From assembly GCA_964016885.1 (NCBI GenBank), contig OZ024740.1, forward strand, positions 136,772,001 through 136,836,000: a stretch of 64,000 bases of DNA, read 5' to 3'. Positions 55,414 through 64,000 of the stretch are shown here, piece by piece (position 1 is the stretch's first letter; each line of letters begins with the position of its first letter). Both the position numbers and the translations under genes were made by a program. The notes below the pieces were generated by a model. It ran no database searches and had not been told where the DNA came from. It saw nothing but the letters and a program-made list of their open reading frames with translations. The DNA comes from Eledone cirrhosa (lineage: Eukaryota).

Positions 55414-56770
55414 AAATACCTATGATTAAAGGCACTCACTCAAATGCTAATCATCTAAGTTTTTGTTTTTTCAGTACTAGTATATTGAAGACTGCACTAT
55501 CCAATTTGACATTCCTTTCTTAAAATATTAGGGTACTTGCTGGCCCTGTTCCGTAAAAAAATGACAGCTAATTGTAATATGTATACATAATATAAAAAAA
55601 GAGATGTTTGTTTGTTGGTTGGTTCCTTTGGGCTCACTCACACAAGTCATACAAACATACAAACACTCATCTGTGATGAATCTTAGAATGCTGGACTTCT
55701 ATAGTTTCTCACCCCCTCTTTCCTCAGTCATCACATTGATGTGAGTGTTTGTAATAATTATTTTTGTGTCTGTGTCTGTTTATATATGTATGTGTAGATT
55801 CATGTGTGTTTGTAATTATATTGTCGATGTATCTTTTTAAATAAACACAAATACACACATGATCATAACAGCCAATGTGTGTAGCCAATTCACTATACAT
55901 ATAGACACACACAGATGTAGTGAATATTGGACGCTGCCACCCATTCCTTCCTAAGTCGACGTTATCACCTCTTCCTTTCTCAGCTGACGTTATTACCCCT
56001 TCCTTCCTCAGTTTGTCATCATCCCTTCCTTCGTCAGTCATCTCTTGTGACGGACAAATACACAAGCATATTATATATTAGTAGATGATTTGAGGGAGAT
56101 TTATCTGCTATTCCTAACTGATCAAGCAATGGCATTGAAACTCATCAGTTTCTAATAATTGGTTAGTCAATTAGTGTTACATGCACTGCTTCTTACTTCA
56201 ACATAACATTGCTGCTTAACAGCAATACACTAATATGCTTCGCCCCCCCATAAAAAAAGAAAACAACAACTACACACTACCACTTTGAAAAGGGATAAAG
56301 TAGACCTATGTATACAATGCTTGAGAGAAGGATATGGTCTTGGCTGGAATGCCTTTGATTATAGGTCAGAGTTAAACACTACCACTAACAAGCCAGCAAC
56401 TAAGCTTTTGAATGGTCATTCAAATTGCTTGAAATAGCAGCCAAATTTCCTTCAAATCACACCATATCTTTTTGCAAAAGGAAAGAGATATATGCATTTA
56501 GGGTAATATTGTCTTTGACACATTATAACTTAAAGAAAGTGAGAATGGATGATCAGTGCTTCAACACCCTTGATCAGAGCTGACACTGGGCAACAGCAGT
56601 AATGTCTTCACTACTTGCTGGGTCAACAGTGTGCGGTAGAATAGGAAACTGAGCTGTTTAGTACAGGGTCAACAGTGAAAAGTAGAATACGTTTTAATCC
56701 CATAATCATGTCTATCCCCACAGAATGTGAAAGGAAGGAAGAAAAAAATCTGAGCCAGTCAAATACTTAC

Positions 56771-57042
56771 CGTTTATGTTGTAAATGTCTCATGGCCGTC
56801 TGCAGATGCTGGCAATCATATTTTAACTGGTCAACTTTCATTTTGGCCACAGCTCGACGACTCACCGGTTCCTTATTGACAAATAAGTCAAGTCGTTCAC
56901 AATGGCTAGTAATCATGTCGATGTGGGCTTGGATTTCATTCTCAACAATGTGCACATTTTGGTCAGTAGCACTTTCAAGGTCACTGAGGCTGTGCCAAAC
57001 CTCTTGAACTAGTTTGTTTGTCTGGTGGTAGAGACTATCCAT
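56771..57042 (-). CDS. GOSR2: GOSR2/membrin first coding exon (MDSLYHQTNKLVQE...KVDQLKYDCQHLQTAMRHLQHKR)
   Basis: |gtaagt donor at 56770. 272+367 nt gives 212 aa plus stop, the expected membrin length. A likely acceptor (tttttag|) at 57129 implies a further 5'UTR exon upstream. Confidence 0.95.
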
Positions 57043-57529
57043 ACTGGCAAGAATCCTGATTTAACTCTTTCACACTAACACCTCTAATGAGGTACTCTAG
57101 CAACAAACACTAATGGAATGGTAGCAACCTAAAAAATAACAAAATATTATTCATTAGATATTAGAGTAGTATAATTTAAATGTCATCACCCCTTTGTTTC
57201 CAACTTTCATTGTACTGGCTGTCTAAACAATTTTGTTTTGTAAATATATCTATATATACTTATACATAAATATATGTGACTAAATAAAAACATTACATAA
57301 TGAATTGGTGACATTCATAATATATCCCCAGATCCCTAAACAACACAAATGTTGCTGGCCCCCAAATAAAATATTTATGATACTTAATACTTACTCTTAC
57401 TGTGGTAAATTTAGTGTAGCAGCAATATCAGATCAAAAAGACACAACAAGCAGTTAGTTAGATAAGTGAAACATGTTACAGAATGGAATGTACCACATAA
57501 AAAAAAAGGATAATGGTTTTTTATATTGG

Positions 57530-57920
57530 TACAAGGTCAGCAATTTTGAAGAAGAGAAAGTCAATTATACCAACCCCAGTACTTGATTGGTACTCTATTT
57601 TAATGACCCCCAGAAGACAAAGTTGACCGTGGCAAGATTTAAATTCAGAAAGGAAAGAGCTGGAAAAAATACTGCAAAGCATTTTGTCCAATGCACCACC
57701 AATACTGCCAATCAATAATAAGAATTGTATTTGTTTCTAACATAGGCAAAGCATCTGGAAAGAGGGGAACAGTCTATTATATTGAGCTCAGTACCAGTAC
57801 TTGCCTGGTATTTTATTTCACTGAACCTAGAGGGATGAAAGGCAAAGTTGTTCCAGGATGTAGAAACTGGAACAAATACCTCAAGGCATTTTGTCTGAAG
57901 CTCTAATGATTCTGTCAAAT
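57530..57920 (-). mobile_element. Two older Nin-SINE copies
   Basis: Degenerate gatgaaaggcaaagttg / tggtact...tttta motifs. Confidence 0.6.
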
Positions 57921-59093
57921 TTTATCATTTAAATTAGACCACAGTTTTGTAAGTAAAAGTTACAGTCAATAGAATTACATGTTGGGATAAGAGACATTTC
58001 CTAATTTTAACACTAGATTCACTTATATAGATTCAGATAACCAATAGCCAAAAACAGATACCACAAGGTAGCTCATCTGAAGCTCTGACATTTCCACCAA
58101 CCCACCACCTTGGATTGGTATTTTATTTATTGAGCCCGAAAGGATGAAAGGCAAAGTTAGCCATATCATAGCCCAAAATGTGTCACTATATAAGAAATCA
58201 TTATTATTATTATTATTTTCTCTAAATGGGAAAAACCCGTCTAACCCATGCTAGCATGGAAGATAGACGTTAATCGATGATGATGATTTTTATAGCTGAA
58301 TTCACTGACAACTATTTCTTAATCCCTCAAATATTTCTTTTTTTCCCTGTATTTGTTTAGACTCCTGGTGATCAAGGACAAACCAACAGTGTATTCATTT
58401 CTTGTTTAAACACAGCTTAAATTTATAATTATTTTTTTTCTTTTTATTTATTTTTCAATAATTAGTGAAGGAGAGCCGGACCTCAGAGACTAATAGGACA
58501 GAAAAAGTTATCCCTAAACTGGAGATCAGACCCAAATGCTTGCAACAAAGTAGATTCTGCTAAAGGCACTTAAGAGCAAGATGGAAGATGGATTAAATTT
58601 ACTGCTCGTGGTTAAATCTACCATTCCTTTCATTAGCAATATTACTGAAACAATAGTTCATTTGACTGGAGGTAGCCTCTAATTTGCCATTCAGTTTTTT
58701 TAAGTTGAAACATCTTAATATTTTTAATCCTTTTAAATGCAGTTAATTCAAGTTTCATCTATTTTGTTTTTTAAGTAATTATTGAGGGAAATTACTCTAT
58801 GAAAAACATCATTTAAGTTAGTTTTAACAGATTTAATGTAGTGAGCATTAAAAGCAAATTAAATTTCAATTAGCTTGTTGGTAATCACTGCAAATTAAAT
58901 ATTTACTTCTGTTTAGTTTATGCTAGAACAGTGTGGTGAGATGGTTGGCTCTTGATTAACATATGTATGTATGTGTGTTGTTATGTATATATGTATGTAT
59001 AAATGTGAGTGTGTATGTTGTGTTATGCATACATCTATATATGAATGTTTGAGGCATACATCTAGGAAAAAGAGGAAATGTTAACATCTACAT

Positions 59094-59236
59094 GGGTCAT
59101 GGGCAAACTGTGGCCTGTTTTGTTTCTGAATGGCATGCCTAATTTAAAAATTGCCTTGAAACTTTTAGTAGTGTGGCCCACCTTATGCTGAGTCACATCC
59201 TATGCGGCCCTCTGCTCAAAAAAGTTTACCCGTCTG
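59094..59236. mobile_element. hAT-type MITE remnant
   Basis: Perfect 8-bp flanking duplication atctacat (59086-59093 and 59237-59244) and a gcggccc subterminal motif. Confidence 0.6.
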
Positions 59237-59529
59237 ATCTACATAGAGTCTGACTTGGTGTTGAAAAAAAACAAAACTTTTTATGAAAGCATTTTATGTT
59301 TGTCTGCCCAAGTTTGATATGATTTAAAAAAATCTGTTTGAAAAATGAAATTTCTGTGAATATTATTGCTTTTTATAATTTGTTTTAAACAAAATATTTT
59401 TAAAAACGATTCTCATTTTTATCAATAACCTGTTTTACATACAAGTAATTTCATATATTATAAAGATAGGTTTAATTTTTTAATCTGAAATGTAGTCATC
59501 CCAAATACAAATGATTACAGTAATAGTCA

Positions 59530-59890
59530 ATGCATAGAGTTACGGCCCTTGCTATTCTGAGTTCAAATCCCGCCGAGGTTAACTTTGCCTTTCATCCTTA
59601 CGGGGGTCGATAAAATAAAGTATCAGTAATGCACTGGGTAATTGCTGGCCTTGTGCCAATAGTAGAAACAATTATTTATAACGATACTGCCAAACCATCA
59701 GAGAGGTTGTTTGGCAGTATCAGTAGAGCATCAGACACCATGCTTTGTAGCATAGTTATGGCCCTTTACGTTCTGAGTTCAAATCCCACCGAGGTTAACT
59801 TTGCCTTTCATCCTTACGGGGTCGATAAAATAAAGCACCAGTAATGCACTGGGGTAATTGCTGGCCTTGTGCCAAAAGTAGAAACATTAT
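59530..59890 (+). mobile_element. Two tandem young Nin-SINE copies
   Basis: Both match the SINE consensus closely. Confidence 0.85.
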
Positions 59891-61277
59891 TTATAATGAT
59901 TAATTATTACTATAGTCATTTGAATTTGGGAGGACTACATTTCAAATTTCCCCAATGCCTCTTGAATCAACCGGATGATAAATTAAAATTTTTTTCTTAT
60001 TCAATTATTTTTTGCATAATTTAGGTAATACTTTATGAGTTAAATTATTTACAAACATAATAATTATAATCTATTAGAAAGTAACTGAGATTGTAAATAG
60101 ACAGATTTAAATAACAGTTTATCTTGTATACTGTCATGATGTTGAATAGTTTTTTTCAGTTTTCTGATCACTAGACTCAATGACTAATGGTTAGCTTGTG
60201 TCTATGATATATATATATATTAAAGATAATTTGTCTTCCTCTCATATACATATATGTGTGTGTATGTGTCCAACTCCTCTCCTGTCTTCCATTCTCTCTT
60301 GCTGTCTATATCTTCTATTCCATCTCCTATTCATTCAGTTTCCCATATCTTGCTTTTAAACGGTGACAACTCACATTCTCTTTTAACAATATTCAAACGT
60401 GACCATCTACCCTCATTTTTAATGATACTCCTACTGTGACCATCCAGGCACTACAACCACAAAGACACACACATATCATTACTGTCATCACCACCACTTC
60501 ATGTCTATTTATCATGCTTGCATAGGTTAGATGGGTTGTCGCATTCTGAGGCTAGAGAGGTTAGATAACTGGGTCTTGCTCATACATTTCATTTTGGCAT
60601 GATTTCTACAGCTGGATGCCCCTCCTAATGCCAACCACTTCAAGGCATGTACCAGGTTCATTTTTTCATGACAGCACCAGTACCACTTGACAGGATGGAC
60701 TGAGTGCATTTTATTGTAGCACTAGCACTATGAAATATGTATATAAAAAATCACAACGTTTGTCTGTGTGTAAGTCTACTTCTCTCACCTTTCTTTTCTA
60801 TGTAGCCATCACCTGCTCTCTGCAAACACTGCAGAGCTGAAACAATGTTTTCCATCTCTACCTACATGGATGGTAATCTTAATCTCTTGCCTAGTTTGAG
60901 GATATTTTACCTTCACTCACCAGTTTTAGAGGCCATGAAACTGGTTAGGATCACTGTTCTTCTCTTCTTTGATTAAAAAGTAAAAAAGAATTTCAAGTAA
61001 AATACTTTGTTCAATAATATTTTAAAATGAATTAAAACTTTTTCTCTTTCACTTAATCATGTTTTCTTTATGACATTTACTCATTTAAATTATGAGATAC
61101 ACTATTAATATTAAGCACATATATATAGCACAGATATGTGTTCTGTTCCAATTATAACTACTTCCCAACCTGGGCAATGATACATATATGTGTACGTGTG
61201 TCCATGTACATAGTAAACATATTTCTCCCACCTTACTTTCATAAACAATTACATAGACCACATTAACTGTCAACAAC

Positions 61278-62102
61278 CGACATGTGATGCGTATGAAGGA
61301 TGACAGCTGTATGAAAAGGTGCAGGGCGCTCTAAGTTGATGGAAGCTATGGAAAAGGAAAACCTAGGAAGAGTTGGGATGAGGTGATAAAAACTGACCTT
61401 GCACAATTGCACCTCTCAAAGGCGATGACACAGGATAGAGATCTCTAGCATTATACAGTATTGCAGAAGGCCCACCTTCCCAAGTACATGGGTTGAAGCA
61501 AACATCTAGTGTTCTCTAGTATGCACCACTTCTCTTCTCTCTTCTATACACCTCCTACATCTTAAACACTTCACCCATCACCAGCTAAGTACCCCACCCT
61601 AGACCTACTTCTCCAATCCCTACCCAACATACACACACCACTCCCAACTCTAGATCTGATGCACCTTTCTTGACCAATCCATGCATACAAACATGGAAAG
61701 CTGAACACGCTTTCCCATAATGCTGCTGAAATTGCTAAACGCTCCCACTACACCCTGTAAGGTGGTCATGCTGGTGACAAAACAAAAGCTTCTAGTCCAC
61801 CATGTAAGGTGCTCATGTTAGTGTCATGATAAAAGAGCACATAGCCCTCCTTACAAGGTGGCCATACTGGTGTCATGACAAATAAGGACCCAGTTCACCT
61901 TGTAAGGTGGTCATGATGGTGACATGACAGGAGGCTCCCAGTCCACCATGTAAAGTGGTCAGGTTGGTGGCATGACAGAAGGCATCCTGTTCACCCTGTG
62001 GAGTGGTCATGTTGGTGACATGACAAAAACAACTCAGTCTACACTGTAAAGTGGTCTAACACATGCTAGTGTGGAAAATTGAATGTTAAATGGTGATGAT
62101 GA
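61278..62102 (+). mobile_element. RTE LINE 3' fragment with a ~48-bp tandem array in its UTR
   Basis: HVMRMKDDSCMKRC peptide; about 6 units of tgtaaggtggtcatgttggtgacatgaca at 61750-62057; gatgatga tail. Confidence 0.8.
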
Positions 62103-62157
62103 GAATGAACCTTATATAAACAATGAGAACCATTTCATGGTGACTTAACATACTAGA

Positions 62158-63920
62158 TCATCATCATCATCATCGTTTAACGTCCATATTCCACGCTTGC
62201 ATGGGTTTGGACAGGAGTTTTCCCACTTGAGGCAAGAGTGGTTGTCTTGCTCGCATAGGACTGTCTGGCGGGTTTTCTACAGCTGGATGCCCTTCCTAAC
62301 ACCAACCACATTTACAGTGTGGAACTGGGAAGTTTTTACCGTGTTAGCTACACGGCCACATTACAGCGCGGACTGTCTGGCGGGTTTTCTACAGCTGGAT
62401 GCCCTTCCTAACACCAACCACATTTACAGTGTGGAGCTGGGAGGTTTTTACCGTGTTACCTACACGGTCACATTACAGCGTGGACTGTGTGTTTTTTTGT
62501 CGTGACACCTACACGACTTCATTTGTTTCGGCCTGGATGTTGTGGTACCAACATAACTTTACATTGAAAGGGGTGGTGTGGATGGGGTGGGGGTAGTGGG
62601 ACGGGGGTGTATTTTGTTAGAGGTGCCTACTGACTGTAGTAGGTTTTACTTTGTATTTAGGTAAGGCGGGTCTTCTCTATTACTGTGTAGCGCCAAAGAT
62701 CTCAGTCCAGTGACATTGTCTTGGAGAGGTGTAAGTGTGTGAGGTCGGAATTTATCAAGTCGTCCCAGGTTTTTGTGGGTCTGCCTACTCCGTGGCTACC
62801 GTCTATTTTTATTGCCCTGCACTTTTTTATACAGCTGTCATCTTTCATGCGCATCACGTGACCATACCAATGTAGCCTTCTCTCGAGTAAACAACATCTG
62901 ATCCCTCTTATTTCTAATTTTTCCCTTAGTTCGTTTATGATTTGCCGTTCACATATATTACTATTACACATCCAGCGGAGCATGCAAGCTTCGTTCCTCT
63001 CTAGTCTGCATATATCCTTATATCCTCTGCACACAATGCCCAGGTCTCACTGCTATGCAACATTGCTGTTCGTATGCAGGCATCATACAGCCTGCCTTTC
63101 ATTTTTAGAGAGAACCCTTTAGCGGCTAATAGTGGTATAAGCTCTCTGAACTTTTTCCATCCAGTTCTGACTCTAGCTACTGTACTTTCAGAGCACCCTC
63201 CACCACTACTGATTTTGTCACCCAGGTAATGGAAGCTGTCCACTATTTCTATAGAACCATCTGTGCAATTGAAAGAGCTAGTATTCTGTGGGCACTTGCT
63301 GCTACTTACTGTACCAGAGCACCGGCCACATATAAAATCTATGTTCTTAGTTAGCTTACCTGTGATCCCACTACATCTTTTATGCACCCATACTTTGCAT
63401 TTGGGACATAAAATGGAGTTTCTGCCTACTCCTTTCCTACACACTGAGCATGGCCATTTCCCGGATGGGACCGGCGCCCTATCTTCCTTCAAACTAGAAC
63501 TTTAGTCGTAGACAGGTTAATTTTAAGGCCTTTTGATTCTAGGCCATGCTTCCATGTTTGGAATTTCTTCTCTAGTTCGGCCATTGATTCAGCTATGAGC
63601 ATTAGATCATCTGCGTATAGGAGTTCCCATGGGCAGCCGGTCTTGAACTCCTCTGTTATAGCCTGAAGGGCAATAATAAATAGTAGGGGGCTAAGAACGG
63701 AGCCCTGATGAACACCAACTTTTACGCTAAACTCTTCACTATATTTGTTGTTAATTCTAACCTTGCTGACTGTTTCTTTATACATGGCTTGTATAGTTCT
63801 CACAAGCCATTCATCAACACCTAGTTTTCTAAGAGCCCACCAGAAGGCTTTCTCCAAGTCGACAAAAGCTAAGTATAGGGGTTTACTTTTAGCTAGGTAC
63901 TTCTCCTGTAGTTGTCGTCA
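62158..63920 (-). mobile_element. 5'-truncated RTE LINE, same subfamily as 15275-18590
   Basis: GVHQGSVLSPLLF, LLYADDL and the Cys-rich finger; 3' UTR nearly identical to 15275-15800. Confidence 0.95.
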
Positions 63921-64000
63921 CACTCTACAAAAGACATACTGGATAAGAAATAAAAGAAGATTTGATAGTCAAATAAAGTCATTCAGATACAATCCAGATT

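Noticed and set aside
61750-62057. CRISPR-like array (conserved ~28 nt plus variable ~20 nt)
   Set aside because: The repeats are degenerate, the 'spacers' resemble each other, there are no cas genes, the context is eukaryotic, and the array lies in an RTE 3' UTR.

Overview
Eukaryotic, AT-rich, microsatellite- and transposon-dense genomic DNA. The repeat set (RTE LINEs with (GAT)n tails, Nin/Deu-domain SINEs, Penelope-like elements) suggests a cephalopod, probably Octopus; this is an inference. Two spliced minus-strand genes can be assembled by hand: the 5' part of CAD (four full coding exons plus the start of a fifth, 28549 to 1) and a complete two-coding-exon GOSR2/membrin (212 aa, 57042 to 53932). 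The rest is transposon-derived. The ~30-50 kb intergenic interval is a nested pile-up of Penelope-like elements (PLEs), a Tx1-like LINE, a CRE-like RLE LINE, a deleted Gypsy element and Helitron pieces, often separated by (TA)n tracts. The most notable unannotated signals are several hammerhead-ribozyme-like folds in PLE 3' regions and a 63-bp-arm palindrome that contains half a hammerhead. I found no clearly new protein-coding system. All family assignments come from motif recognition by eye, not database searches.
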